Virus record (IMG/VR): IMGVR_UViG_3300006925_000008
Span: 1 to 64,000 of that record
Direction: 5' to 3' (one strand)
DNA: 64,000 nt
Source: a virus
The notes under the pieces are model-generated. The model ran no database searches and was not told the DNA's origin. It worked only from the letters and a program-made list of their open reading frames with translations. This document shows positions 36,901-46,680 of this stretch, piece after piece. Every line of letters starts with the position of its first letter. Within the stretch, counting starts at the first letter, position 1. The position numbers and the translations under genes are program-made.

Positions 36901-39858
36901 AATAGTAAAGGTATTCCCCACTCTTGTAACCTTGGCAACATAACCCATTTTACCTCCAAGTAGCCCCTCTCCAATTGTTATGCAATGTATGCCTGTCAAT
37001 GGCAAGTCGTTTAGTTGTAATCCTAATTCTGATAAAGAGTCCCAGCCATCCGCATTATCCACGGTAATCGTGCTAGAAGGTCCATCAACGCTTTCAACAA
37101 CCGCTGTAACGCTTGGGCGTTGGCATCTGATCAAAGGACGGTGGCGGGCCACTTCAGCCAATGCCCCATAAGTCGATACGGTCAAACCGGGCTGACCACC
37201 GTCGCCAGTGGGTAAGGAATGCTTGTAAATTGAGTCTGTAACTTCAAAAGAGGACGCATATGCGTCAATACCCCAGTCAATAGAAAAACGGCCCTCTTGA
37301 TTCTTCATTTCAGGCCGGTTCATTGCCGTCATCGTGCAATCAATGGTCATGCCAAATCCTTTTTCTGTTGGCAATGGTTGATTGTCAGCATCGGGATAAA
37401 GAATCTTCTTTGTATCGTAAAACATCGAAGGGAATAGAGGCAATTCAACCAATGCTCTTGTCGATGCATAATATGTTGAGGACTGTTTATCGTTTCTTAC
37501 AGATGCATTCCCCGCCCCAACTATCCTGTCCTTCCATCCGGGGAAAATAGGGTGTTGTATTCGTGAAGGTTTTACATCAATAGCCCCCTGACCCGGACCT
37601 CCTAATGACAATGAAACGGTTGGCGTGCCTAAATCACCAATCTCTTTGAGGGGGGTCCCCTCCGACAATTTGAAGTCCCTTTCTGTTTTCTGATCGGACA
37701 AATCCATGAGTAAAGAGCGGCCTCTAACTGTTATACCCGCACTCGCAGAAGTGCTAGTCCCCGGTTCAATTTCTTCGATTCGTCCTTTCATGAGGGTATA
37801 TTCCAAATGAACGAGGTGAGACTCGCTAGGGTTTGAAGGTTCAGTTATCAAACCGTCTAAACCGCCTCCAATCCCTCTTGAAGTCGGATGAACCAAGACT
37901 AGCAACTCTTCACTGGTAATGTCGTTATCAATGACATCAAACGCTCTATTTGATGCCGACGAGAACACACTGCTCTCTTTCTTTTTGATGTAATCTGATG
38001 ACCCCGCACTCGATGACACCCTTAGAAGGTGGTAATCCGCCGAAGTGTCAGGGTCGGGGACCACCGTGCTGGGTATTGCCTTTGGACGGCCAAATCCTCG
38101 GTATGAATATCGATTATTGACAAGACAGTCATCAAGGTTGATAAAGGGTGAAGGAGTTATTTCACCACTAGGAGCCGAAGTCAACACATTTGATTTTAGT
38201 GGCTTGTTTAGATTTTTAGCGGGTATCGATACAATACCGCCGGGTGCAATAATCTGAAAACCAATTTCAGATGCGGCTGGTGTTGCCCCTGAAATATCCC
38301 AAGGCCTCTTTAGAAGGTCAGCAAGTGGCCTGATTGCCCCTGTTGACATTTCATAGGCTTGACTTCCCGCTGGGAATGTTTTTCTGACAACTAAATGCCC
38401 TTTATGCTGACCGTCTCCTGTAATCCAAGGCTTGGCGTAATCATTTACAACAGTGTGCGGGTTTGCTATACCCGTCCCTGCAACAACTTCGCCCGTCAAG
38501 TCAATAGCGTCATAATGAACCTCGATGATTGGAGGGACACCATTTGCGACTAAATATGCGGGGGTTGTGATCAAAGCAACTCTTGTGTTTTTGTCAGGAG
38601 TCAGGTGTTTGATATAAGCCTCGTTTGTAGGGATATATTTCACTGTTTCATTTGGGCCAATGTAATTCCCTGTTTTATGCTCTCTAAATTGAGCGTTATG
38701 GTTTATGTCTAATGACTTTAACATGAAAGGCTTGATGTCATCAACTGCAATAGCAATGATGTCATCACAGGTGGATGAGGATAAATTGTAACCCCCCGCT
38801 CCAACTTGTTGAAACGCTCCTGATGAGTATTCACTAATTACCCTGTTATATGGAGAGGCGGGGGCTAGACCCATAGTGCCAACAACAGATGAAGACTTAT
38901 TCATAACACGATTTACTTCACCTTGATACACCATTTCAGTTACTTTCACCATATCGCTTTCGTTTATGATGCTGTTAAGAGAGAGGTCATCTGATTCATA
39001 AGTGAAAGTGTCCGATATTCCTTGAACCGTCTTTTTCACATATTGAGCATCAGGCTGGGGCAATGATTTGAGATAAAACTCACCTTCAACAATTGAATAT
39101 GATGTTACTCCCCCCATCGCCCCATAGGTCAATTCCGAATCGGGTTCGATCAGGACTCCCGTGTCGTCGGTTACTTTCATACCAAGGCTTGCGGGCGCAC
39201 TCGGAGCATAGGGTGGCGGTGAAGGTTCTTCGGGTGGGGGTTCAGGGGGGTCAAACGGTTCTTCGGGGTCAGGGCCAATAGGGGGTGTTACAGGTGTGGA
39301 TGTAGGTGGTTCTTCGGGTTCTTCAGGTGGTTCAGGTGGTTCAGGTGGTCCTTCGCCCCCCTCAAAATTGTAAGTGCCTGTCATTAACGCCGCCATTATA
39401 GCATCAGGGTCCAGCATAAAGAGAGATTCAGCATTAGCAATGTTCCAATTTGATTTATCTTGGGGGTTCCCTCCAACTGAAGGAACGGCATGTGAAAGGT
39501 ATGTTTTGTCAGGCGAGGTGGAGTCGGATGAATACCGAACCTCCAACTCCTCTATTGCGAATGCGCTGTTGCCAATTTGTTCTGAAATCATTCCCGCCGC
39601 TTCTGCGGGGGGGACTCCAAGACCTGATTCTTCATCGACCATGTAAGCGGCTAAACTGCCCAAACAATGCCCTAGATGTGTGAGGTCAGTGCTGACTATA
39701 TCTCTAAAAACATCATCATTCAATTCCGCCCAGTTGACCGGCAACTGATGAGGGGCCTCGGCTGACATGAAAATACGACTGAAGTATTCCGTGAATATAG
39801 TAGGGAACAGCGTAGGTTCAAGTTGTTGGAGTTGTTGTTTTGTAAAAGCAAACGCCAT
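33979..39858 (-). CDS. Giant tail protein (1959 aa) with Pro-rich linker and C-terminal LamG-like domain
   Basis: ITVRGRSLLMDL hub-like motif. NNEWHHCVFVHDG...KLIIDGV...IGVWDRAF (LamG). Confidence 0.7.
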   Translation of the reverse strand: MAFAFTKQQLQQLEPTLFPTIFTEYFSRIFMSAEAPHQLPVNWAELNDDVFRDIVSTDLTHLGHCLGSLAAYMVDEESGLGVPPAEAAGMISEQIGNSAFAIEELEVRYSSDSTSPDKTYLSHAVPSVGGNPQDKSNWNIANAESLFMLDPDAIMAALMTGTYNFEGGEGPPEPPEPPEEPEEPPTSTPVTPPIGPDPEEPFDPPEPPPEEPSPPPYAPSAPASLGMKVTDDTGVLIEPDSELTYGAMGGVTSYSIVEGEFYLKSLPQPDAQYVKKTVQGISDTFTYESDDLSLNSIINESDMVKVTEMVYQGEVNRVMNKSSSVVGTMGLAPASPYNRVISEYSSGAFQQVGAGGYNLSSSTCDDIIAIAVDDIKPFMLKSLDINHNAQFREHKTGNYIGPNETVKYIPTNEAYIKHLTPDKNTRVALITTPAYLVANGVPPIIEVHYDAIDLTGEVVAGTGIANPHTVVNDYAKPWITGDGQHKGHLVVRKTFPAGSQAYEMSTGAIRPLADLLKRPWDISGATPAASEIGFQIIAPGGIVSIPAKNLNKPLKSNVLTSAPSGEITPSPFINLDDCLVNNRYSYRGFGRPKAIPSTVVPDPDTSADYHLLRVSSSAGSSDYIKKKESSVFSSASNRAFDVIDNDITSEELLVLVHPTSRGIGGGLDGLITEPSNPSESHLVHLEYTLMKGRIEEIEPGTSTSASAGITVRGRSLLMDLSDQKTERDFKLSEGTPLKEIGDLGTPTVSLSLGGPGQGAIDVKPSRIQHPIFPGWKDRIVGAGNASVRNDKQSSTYYASTRALVELPLFPSMFYDTKKILYPDADNQPLPTEKGFGMTIDCTMTAMNRPEMKNQEGRFSIDWGIDAYASSFEVTDSIYKHSLPTGDGGQPGLTVSTYGALAEVARHRPLIRCQRPSVTAVVESVDGPSSTITVDNADGWDSLSELGLQLNDLPLTGIHCITIGEGLLGGKMGYVAKVTRVGNTFTIDALWSMSKTDRITEASSIAAASLNDITPGMTVVLGGYVCMTSLATDSWNLAVSAHNSHTKEDIAYSIAHKIGFLFGRGVSATGGQDITRDETNVNKYWLRGVPSMEAFDYDCDEALYSFSDRPLVLGVDCKPSALSLQGKSSDGLSTKYIRPMDLDFNGIATTKKDFNSCFDEVIRKINLAAHPAAKNDIGFSAFDAPNHFDLDHLGEGNTGSHMGYVRAFEGKEVESRNGEKGKTIVIHSTIPGATARNFAIWLDNRSPYPYQPVACIGSGGLLATNSLHYQANSFPAPLPIGSDGETFVPITTFTGGSHGRLLSPYNEQIRSYTGVGQTIVTTTIQPTLSDDDEDTTITGDYIKMVVPRRPTTGQTMFGSLHALAGFNAANSPPIDYIAVDNRAYEGLLTLGSEISAANRGIGRVNGRMFWFEGISQLSNKGLRITNGVLLRNITPWVEIEKFYDSLFIKDSLGVETDALGLSVEILWPLVNSKGILFFGGGHTGVMVDVSDGSSNDYSDSYRHHYSKGPTGFAGMQNLHETNKASAVLDFTLIKDHDTINENSYIGLHHKSRIRPSTGQPIDDCLLYLSMVEENPLPYAASYTTEYTAAYPQNDETVLKEEIYGRYQKLSVPAGKATLTATSPTGHTKFRPIQFIGHTGAGPWPTTGYPYLVCHDWDNTGVGEAFASLPHLGPRSGIGGEISSEVNRPLSASKPFTVSFFFMSINGGPDAMSGPIIHGIDASGLPWGVSMGGANTSALNQEYNFALHYADLTSGQPRFAYVDVAAYMAAHGGSPLYITNNEWHHCVFVHDGNQSGLSMATCKLIIDGVDLSAFLVTDQDALYDGTAPNSRTTTSGGSKYPRHEHQGSPTSEGVADHPYVPLENGQPSTVDPTKGVRGNCMATVGVALHGAPHNGSHYFDQAPSVIGSSTYGTPQVVPATDGHNDVGPIFLKNGSLAHIGVWDRAFTVLEAQGLYASRLVW
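39190..39352 (-). repeat. Pro/Glu-rich low-complexity coding repeat (PPE)n
   Basis: ggttcaggt repeats encode GPPEPPEPPEEPEEPP...PPEPPPEEPSPPP. Confidence 0.8.
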
Positions 39859-42402
39859 CTAAATCACTCCGTATTTTTCAAGGAAATAAGCGTTTACCTC
39901 GACCATTTCAGTATCTGATAACGCTTTATCATAAATCATCCATTCGGCTATTCTAAAGTCCGTCACTGCACCAAAATTAGAGGTTGTAGCAAGACCTGTT
40001 GCGGGGTCAACCGCACTTGCATTGCCCAATAAACTGAATATCTGATCGTGAAAGTCAACAGCCGTCGCAATCGAACCATCACTAATTTGGTTATCCAACT
40101 TGACCCCGTGCGTCCATTCCTCGACTTTACTCGTGACTCCCGTTCCACTAATCCGAATACAAAGCAATTGTGTTTGATTGGCGGAGGGAATCGGGAGAGC
40201 GGGCGGTATAACTCCGGCTGACGCATTTGAAAAGGTTCTGCTATTTGTCGGGAGGAGGTAATCAAGTGAAGTGAGGTTGGTCCCTCCCTGAACCGAAAAG
40301 ACACGCAGGTTTGATGTAATGTCGTAAACAGGGTTTATCATCATAAAAATAGTGTATGAATCAGTTGGCGATGTCGTGAGTTTATTTGTTGTCGATGACC
40401 CGCCATTTACTAAGACCTTACCGTTTACGGAGGAACCTTGGACTTTGTAACAGGGTTGCCCATTGAATAGGGTGTTACTAGACTCCCACGCCCAATCCCC
40501 GCCGTTTGTATCTCCAAAGAAGTCCATCTTGTTGCCTGAAAGGTCTTTGAAATGCCTGCAAAAAACACCACTGTAATACAGTTTATGAGCGGCATTATGC
40601 CAAAAAATGAGATTCTTTTTTGGGGGGTCCTGACCCGCCGGGTTGTAATTTGTATCCCCCGCAGACATCCACATCTGTGGCTGATTAAGGTGCGAGGGTA
40701 TTACCTTGGGTGATCGACTTTGAATTGAAACCCAAAAAGCCTCGTTCTTATTCCCTGAAACATCCTTAAAACGCTGGCCCTGTGAAAACACAGCACGAGT
40801 ATATGCGTCCTTTGGTCGTGTTTTTTGGCCCGGATTTGTGACCAAATCTGTCTTTTTCTCTCCGTCATCGAAAACCAAATCTCCATTGCCTAGACAAATC
40901 CAAACAGGGGTGTCGTCATCATGGTGATACTTGAAACTAGAAAATCCGGGTCGGTTTTCAACGCCGCCGATACCGCTTGAACCGTTGGCGGTTTCATCAC
41001 TAGCGGCATGGGTGGACACGCATAAAACCACATTTTGGGTGAAATCAATACCAATCACCCTGACTCTTTCAGTTGGGTTCGTCATTGGGTCTAAATCAGT
41101 GTCAACCCCCTTCGCTAATACTCTCTCAACCAAATACAATTCACTGCTTGGGGTGGTCGTGGGGTCCATGTATGGCATCCGTAGTGAACCCGTTGAACCT
41201 TTGTGATATTTAGTGTCAGGGTGAGTCCCTGAATGATTTATGATCAAGTTTAGGTTTGATTGAGGGATTCCCTGTAAAGACCCTGCGGGGTCAAGGTAAT
41301 CAAATACATTAGAATTGCTTTGACCGCCTGTTACAGTAGTCTCGGAGGAGAATAACAGGTTCCCTCCAACATACCATGACTGTTCTCTTATTTCTTCTAA
41401 AGGAATACCAGTGAATAAGGATGCCAACTTCTCCGTTGCTGAATATATGTCTTCTGTGGTTGAAAGGTTACGAGGCAATTCCCTCACTCTAAAGGTTCCG
41501 AGGCCTGACGGGTTCCCAGCGACACCAATTGTTTTGAAATCGTAACCAATCATTACTAGAGGTATGTCAAACATACCATCATCGGTTCCGGGTCCATCCC
41601 TCCCTTGAGTTGCACTCCCTGACTTTGAATTACTGAAAAACTTGACATCAGGAATCTCTATGTCATCATTGAAATCCCAAAAGCCAATGCATTCGTCAAT
41701 GTTTGTCAAAGGTTCAAGTTTAGGGGCCACTGTTCCACGGCTGATACGAATGCTTTCGATCAGGCCACGATATTCTCCTCCTTTGCCTCCAATGAAAAGG
41801 TCTGAAGACTTTTGGTCCATTAGTCGTGAGTCCCCCCCAAATGACAATTCAGCGACTAAAGCAGTGTTCATGAATAGTTTGAGGCCATGGGTATTAAACT
41901 GTGCTGTAACCATCATAAGTGGTTGCTTATTGAATGTGTAGTCCTGTGGCTTAAGCCGGTTGTCTCCATATTTATGCATGGTTGATGGGAGGAATGTGTC
42001 AATTGAAAAACTGGTTTCGACTGTAAAAGAATTGCCACCTGATATAATTGTGAATGAGATAGGCCCCGCTTGAGTCCCATTTACAGGGTCATATACTCCA
42101 AACGGGTTGCCAACTTGTAGTGAAAACTGGCCGTCTTTGGATACCACCATCCCGCCCATGTCAGGAACCACATAAGCGTCTATGGTGAAAGCCCCTCTAA
42201 GTGTGTTCAATGGATTTGTTTCATTCGGGATATGTTCACGCCCCGTTCTTGTCGAATTACTATATTCGGTGGTGGGCGAAAACGAATAAGCAGGTCTATT
42301 CTTCTTTACACCCCGTTCTTTGAATGCCCCAGTTGGGACGACTAAGCCATCAGTAGTGCCATTCATACGAATAGACTTGCCATAAAAACGATGAACACCC
42401 AT
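39859..42402 (-). CDS. LamG/concanavalin-like domain tail protein
   Basis: FTIDAYVVP...DLFIGGKGGEYRGLIESIRIS. C-terminal IAEWMIYDKALSD...YFLEKYG. Confidence 0.75.
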   Translation of the reverse strand: MGVHRFYGKSIRMNGTTDGLVVPTGAFKERGVKKNRPAYSFSPTTEYSNSTRTGREHIPNETNPLNTLRGAFTIDAYVVPDMGGMVVSKDGQFSLQVGNPFGVYDPVNGTQAGPISFTIISGGNSFTVETSFSIDTFLPSTMHKYGDNRLKPQDYTFNKQPLMMVTAQFNTHGLKLFMNTALVAELSFGGDSRLMDQKSSDLFIGGKGGEYRGLIESIRISRGTVAPKLEPLTNIDECIGFWDFNDDIEIPDVKFFSNSKSGSATQGRDGPGTDDGMFDIPLVMIGYDFKTIGVAGNPSGLGTFRVRELPRNLSTTEDIYSATEKLASLFTGIPLEEIREQSWYVGGNLLFSSETTVTGGQSNSNVFDYLDPAGSLQGIPQSNLNLIINHSGTHPDTKYHKGSTGSLRMPYMDPTTTPSSELYLVERVLAKGVDTDLDPMTNPTERVRVIGIDFTQNVVLCVSTHAASDETANGSSGIGGVENRPGFSSFKYHHDDDTPVWICLGNGDLVFDDGEKKTDLVTNPGQKTRPKDAYTRAVFSQGQRFKDVSGNKNEAFWVSIQSRSPKVIPSHLNQPQMWMSAGDTNYNPAGQDPPKKNLIFWHNAAHKLYYSGVFCRHFKDLSGNKMDFFGDTNGGDWAWESSNTLFNGQPCYKVQGSSVNGKVLVNGGSSTTNKLTTSPTDSYTIFMMINPVYDITSNLRVFSVQGGTNLTSLDYLLPTNSRTFSNASAGVIPPALPIPSANQTQLLCIRISGTGVTSKVEEWTHGVKLDNQISDGSIATAVDFHDQIFSLLGNASAVDPATGLATTSNFGAVTDFRIAEWMIYDKALSDTEMVEVNAYFLEKYGVI

Positions 42403-42407
42403 TCATA

Positions 42408-43667
42408 TCACAGTCCCACAAGTTGCTCAACCGCCGCCATCGAAAGGTCGTAATTCCATACAGAATCACCTGCTGAATATGATGGGTCAAATGAGGTTAC
42501 GATTGCTGGGATAGCAATACCCTGTTGTAAGAAGGGATTTGGCCTGACCGTTTCCCCGTTTACAATGTCAACTGGGTCATACACGGAGGTGTTGGACTCC
42601 GCTGAAAAGTCGGTCCCCGGACCCGCAGGGATTAAGAATTGTCTCAAAACTTGTTGCCCGTTTGGGTCTGAAATGATCGACTCGTAAGGAATCCTGATTC
42701 CTATAATGTATTTTTGAACGGCTTTACTTTCACTTATTCTTAAAAATTGGGCAGTATCAACTGAAGCAATGGAGTCAGGTAAATCGATAAGACTCCCCGT
42801 CAGAACCTGTGGGCTGATGAGCGCACCGCCGGGACTAGGGTTTGAAATCATATTCATCAGGTCTTGCAGTTTGTCTCCTTTTGTCATTTTCAATGCGGCC
42901 ACGCCGCCCGTGAGGTTGGATATGAGGAATGGATTTGGCCAGTCTTGGCCAGCACCGCCAATGGTCGAATCTGACTGTTTGATGACAGTATGATTGCTAT
43001 GTGACCCTGTTTTTACATTTGACAGGGTAATCTTTTCACCTGTCGTGAAATTACCTTCGACGCTGTTCTGTGCGTGATACGAAATAGCATCAGCCTGCCC
43101 TAAACCTTGAGCCACTGTCATTTCAGATGTGAATAAAACCGGAATAGAACCAACATGTATTGATGCGGCATTTAGTGCCAGTCTGATCGCAGTTGCCACG
43201 GTTTCAGTATCGGTGGTCGAAGAGACATCGACATTGATAATCGACTTGTTTGCGATTGTATTAGCCACTGCGCCATTAGTGAAGCGGATAGTAAAGTTTT
43301 CATTGAGTCCGGCGGCTAATTGGCCAGCCGTTGAAGCGACAACCTCTTTTCCAAACAACAAACCTTTTGCATAATTCCACGAGGGGGTCCTAAGTGAACC
43401 AAACCATGTTGACCCAAGTGAGGACCCACCCGACAGGGACAGGTCAAGCATCATAGAAGAACCAACGCCAGCAGAACCGTTTGAATCGTCTGATAGAATG
43501 CCAGTTACTTTGATTATGATGTTTGTTTGATTTAGGTCAAGAGCGGCACGAGTTGCTAAGACAGGTAATGCATGAACAGCAACCATCCTTTGAAAACTGA
43601 ATGCAATCTCCTCGGCTTCTAACTCAATGACACTGCCGTCTCTCCTAATGAGTTGAATCTTGGGCAT
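42408..43667 (-). CDS. Distal tail (Dit-like) protein with insertion
   Basis: Immediately follows the TMP. Conserved-looking termini (ALDLNQ...IKVTGIL; VTSFDPSY.AG..VWNYDL). Confidence 0.5.
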   Translation of the reverse strand: MPKIQLIRRDGSVIELEAEEIAFSFQRMVAVHALPVLATRAALDLNQTNIIIKVTGILSDDSNGSAGVGSSMMLDLSLSGGSSLGSTWFGSLRTPSWNYAKGLLFGKEVVASTAGQLAAGLNENFTIRFTNGAVANTIANKSIINVDVSSTTDTETVATAIRLALNAASIHVGSIPVLFTSEMTVAQGLGQADAISYHAQNSVEGNFTTGEKITLSNVKTGSHSNHTVIKQSDSTIGGAGQDWPNPFLISNLTGGVAALKMTKGDKLQDLMNMISNPSPGGALISPQVLTGSLIDLPDSIASVDTAQFLRISESKAVQKYIIGIRIPYESIISDPNGQQVLRQFLIPAGPGTDFSAESNTSVYDPVDIVNGETVRPNPFLQQGIAIPAIVTSFDPSYSAGDSVWNYDLSMAAVEQLVGL

Positions 43668-45154
43668 TACATTACACCTCTCCCATATCCGCCTGAACGA
43701 GACCTCGTTCTAAATGCTCTTTGAACCTCTTGACTTACTTTGTCGGCTATTTCACGAGCATTGCCCCCGCCACTGACGGAGATGTTGATGTTGTTGGTGT
43801 CACCACCGCCGCCGCCGCCCATACCTTTCACGGTGACTGGGATGCTACTGCCGTCAGGAAGAGGGACAACTGCTTCGGTCCCGTGTAGCGTGGCTAAATA
43901 TCCTGAATCAGGTCCACGGGATACACCGCCCGAATCGAAAAGTCCACCCACAAAGTCTGCCGTTCCACCGATGAATCCGCCAACGCCGTCAACAATTCCC
44001 TCTATCGTATCAACAATAGGGGATAAGAAGTCCATGATGTCATCAACCCATCCTTCGACATAACTCCAAAGTGCATCAAAGGTGTCTATGAATATATCAC
44101 CGAAGCCTACGATCAAGTCCCAAACCTTACCCCAGTCCCCGGTGAAAACCGCTACAATGATTCTGATAATGTTGACTATAACTCTCATTACGAACATGAA
44201 AAGAGCAACTGCAACTTGAAATGCTAACTTGAAACCAAACCACAGGGGCATAAGGAACGGAATGATAAACGCCACGAGATAAACGACAATGGCTATGATA
44301 ACTCCGATTACCCTGACTACAATAGCCGCCACTTCAAAGAGCATCATACCTATTTCAACTATGAAATCAATTATGCCACTGGATATGAGGAAGTCAACAA
44401 AGCCACTAATTGCCCCTGTAATGAATGATGTTACACTTGCGAAGTCAACACCTACATTGTTTAATGCCCCGAATACGATGCCAAAGGCGAACATTACCGC
44501 CTCCATTAAACCACCAATCGCATCAATCATCCCCTGTAAAGCACCAGTATCCGACAGGTGTTGAAATATCATTACAATCGATTCTATTACTGCGGCAACT
44601 ATGGTGGTCCACATGGTATATGCTTGGATAATACCCGCAAATATGACCATCCCTGCGGCCATCAAAGGTTCTATTATGGGCATAAAGTCTAGCCCCATGA
44701 TTATCCCAATCAATTGCCCCACCGAGCCTATTATGCTCATGAAATTATCAATTATCCCCCCTAAAGCGTCTTGAATACCGGGGAGCATATCGCCAAAGCC
44801 GCCCATTCCGCCCCCTAAAAGACCCAACGCCATCATTAAAGCGAGGCCAATACCTATGGCCATAGTGAATGTCATTACAATTTTGGTCATCCCCGAACCC
44901 AACATGCCAATTGTTTTGGTGATCGGTGCGGCGGCTTCGTCCATGGTTTCAAACGCCTCACTGACATCAGCCATGACTTCAGTGGCTGTTGCCATTACCT
45001 GTTTTGACTTAATCCACAGGTCATAGAATGGGCCGAATGCCTTGTTATACATCTTGGTATAAAGAGCGGCGGATTGGACATTCTTAGTGAAACCGCCAAT
45101 AGCAATGCTTGCCGCCGCTATTTCACTTGTTGCCGCCGATGCACCTTCCGCCAT
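43667..45154 (-). CDS. Tape measure protein
   Basis: Amphipathic/hydrophobic helical repeats, FTGDW, C-terminal LHGTEAVVPLPDG. Follows the chaperone genes. Confidence 0.85.
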   Translation of the reverse strand: MAEGASAATSEIAAASIAIGGFTKNVQSAALYTKMYNKAFGPFYDLWIKSKQVMATATEVMADVSEAFETMDEAAAPITKTIGMLGSGMTKIVMTFTMAIGIGLALMMALGLLGGGMGGFGDMLPGIQDALGGIIDNFMSIIGSVGQLIGIIMGLDFMPIIEPLMAAGMVIFAGIIQAYTMWTTIVAAVIESIVMIFQHLSDTGALQGMIDAIGGLMEAVMFAFGIVFGALNNVGVDFASVTSFITGAISGFVDFLISSGIIDFIVEIGMMLFEVAAIVVRVIGVIIAIVVYLVAFIIPFLMPLWFGFKLAFQVAVALFMFVMRVIVNIIRIIVAVFTGDWGKVWDLIVGFGDIFIDTFDALWSYVEGWVDDIMDFLSPIVDTIEGIVDGVGGFIGGTADFVGGLFDSGGVSRGPDSGYLATLHGTEAVVPLPDGSSIPVTVKGMGGGGGGDTNNINISVSGGGNAREIADKVSQEVQRAFRTRSRSGGYGRGVM

Positions 45155-45155
45155 T

Positions 45156-45497
45156 TTATTCCCTCATTTGCTGATTTACTCGCTCAAAGTAGTCCTCGTC
45201 GCTAGTAGTGCGTAGTGGTCGCCCACTTTTATTATTCGCCCCTTTACTCATGTTTTTGTGCATTTTATCCATTTCAGACTTGGTTATATCCTGTGCGGCA
45301 CGCATGAATATAAAATCAAGCATAACGCTCTCATGCGATTGATCGTCCCAAGAATGTGGTGGACATTTGAAATAAGAACCGAGAGCAAAAGTTACGGTCT
45401 TATGAGCCAAAATTGTCTGCTGTGGAGGCGTAAAAGGATTCTTCTCGCCATCAGATGAAATGTAATCTATCAAATCGGAGAAGGTTATACCAAAGGG
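45156..45497 (-). CDS. Tail assembly chaperone frameshift extension (gpT-like)
   Basis: The -1 frame is open from CCCTTTG through ORF 45156..45473. Confidence 0.7.
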   Translation of the reverse strand, partial: PFGITFSDLIDYISSDGEKNPFTPPQQTILAHKTVTFALGSYFKCPPHSWDDQSHESVMLDFIFMRAAQDITKSEMDKMHKNMSKGANNKSGRPLRTTSDEDYFERVNQQMRE

Positions 45498-45853
45498 TCT
45501 GCTTCACCGCCGGATGCAAACTGTTGCATGATGTCCGTCAATGAAGGAAGAACCGCTTGGATGGCGTTGCCAACTTCAGGTTTTAGATTGAATAGGTCTT
45601 GTTTGCTCAATGCTGGTTCTGTTCTGTCAACGCATCGTGCTAACACATAACGCCAGTAACCTCCGAGGTCGATTGAAGGCGATGCCTCACCGTCAATAAC
45701 CTTGAAGTCAACGAATTGAGACATTGCCTCCTGCTGTTCAATCCATGATAGTGGTTTAACATAGACAATCAATGTGCCATCAGGTGTCTCCACCTCATGA
45801 CGATTGGCACTGCGGCTCAATACAAACCGATGATTATTCTGATCCTGTTGCAT
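45485..45853 (-). CDS. Tail assembly chaperone (gpG-like)
   Basis: Between tail tube and TMP. GAGGTGG RBS before ATG 45853. Confidence 0.7.
   Translation of the reverse strand: MQQDQNNHRFVLSRSANRHEVETPDGTLIVYVKPLSWIEQQEAMSQFVDFKVIDGEASPSIDLGGYWRYVLARCVDRTEPALSKQDLFNLKPEVGNAIQAVLPSLTDIMQQFASGGEADPLV
45491..45497 (-). other. -1 ribosomal frameshift slippery heptamer C CCT TTG
   Basis: XXXYYYZ in the correct phase, one codon before the chaperone stop. Confidence 0.75.
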
Positions 45854-46232
45854 CGTCTTCCACCTCTTCAACAGTTTCTTCAGCCGGGGCTTCAGCCGGG
45901 GCTTCTGTCGAGTTTCCTTCTGTTTCAGCACTTTCGTAACGCTCAATCAAATCCTTTTTGTTGCCATAAATAGGCAATCCCTTCTCCTTCAGCATAAGGC
46001 GAAGGTCGGTAACAGTCAAATCCCAAAGTCCTCCGGTTGGGTTTTCGACTACATTGGCTTCAGCCATTACCGATGTTCCGGTTGAGTTTGTATAATCAGG
46101 CAATGACACATGGACCTTTACCTCATCGGCACTTAGTCCGGGGCCAGCATTCACTGATGTCCCTGTAATTGTCCAGTCAAGGGGCGTTCTTACCCCGTTT
46201 AATGTCACGAATCCTGATAGTCGCATAGCCAT
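45834..46232 (-). CDS. SAP-domain protein
   Basis: LWDLTVTDLRLMLKEKGLPIYGNKKDLIERY. Confidence 0.7.
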   Translation of the reverse strand: MAMRLSGFVTLNGVRTPLDWTITGTSVNAGPGLSADEVKVHVSLPDYTNSTGTSVMAEANVVENPTGGLWDLTVTDLRLMLKEKGLPIYGNKKDLIERYESAETEGNSTEAPAEAPAEETVEEVEDDATGSE

Positions 46233-46266
46233 CCCACTACGGTATAACGCTTAATCATTACGCTTC

Positions 46267-46680
46267 TTATTGAAATCTAGGATGGCCTTCAAACTTCATC
46301 TGATCGGCAATTGCTTGTAATTCCTTTAGCCGTCGCTGGCTTTCTTCATGACTTTTGACTCTCCCTTGTATTCTTTCGGTTGCCGCTGTTTCAGGCATAT
46401 TGCCCAGTGATTCTAAAGGAAAATCGGGGTCGCCTACATTAGCGGCCACAGTCCCTTGCATGTTGGCCGCATTAGACATGTAATCCTCCGCCCAGCCTTC
46501 AGGGTCTCCTTTGTAAGGGGCGGGTATAGGGCTTTGCGAGACCGCCTGTGCGGTTTCTTGACCTCCAAGCATCTGAAGTTGTTGCATGTCCTGCTCATAA
46601 TCCCCCTTCAAGAATTGACTCCATGCGGAGTCCAATGCCTGCTTGTGAATCATGGCTTCTGTTTTTGGCATTTTACTCAC
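46267..46680 (-). CDS. Putative virion-internal protein with MPKTExMIHKQALDSAWS leader
   Basis: Shares an 18-aa leader with the adjacent gene. The rest is unrelated. Confidence 0.65.
   Translation of the reverse strand: MSKMPKTEAMIHKQALDSAWSQFLKGDYEQDMQQLQMLGGQETAQAVSQSPIPAPYKGDPEGWAEDYMSNAANMQGTVAANVGDPDFPLESLGNMPETAATERIQGRVKSHEESQRRLKELQAIADQMKFEGHPRFQ

Noticed and set aside
45854-45946. N-terminal extension of the tail chaperone ORF
   Set aside because: It is a shadow of the SAP-protein C-terminus. The RBS supports ATG 45853.
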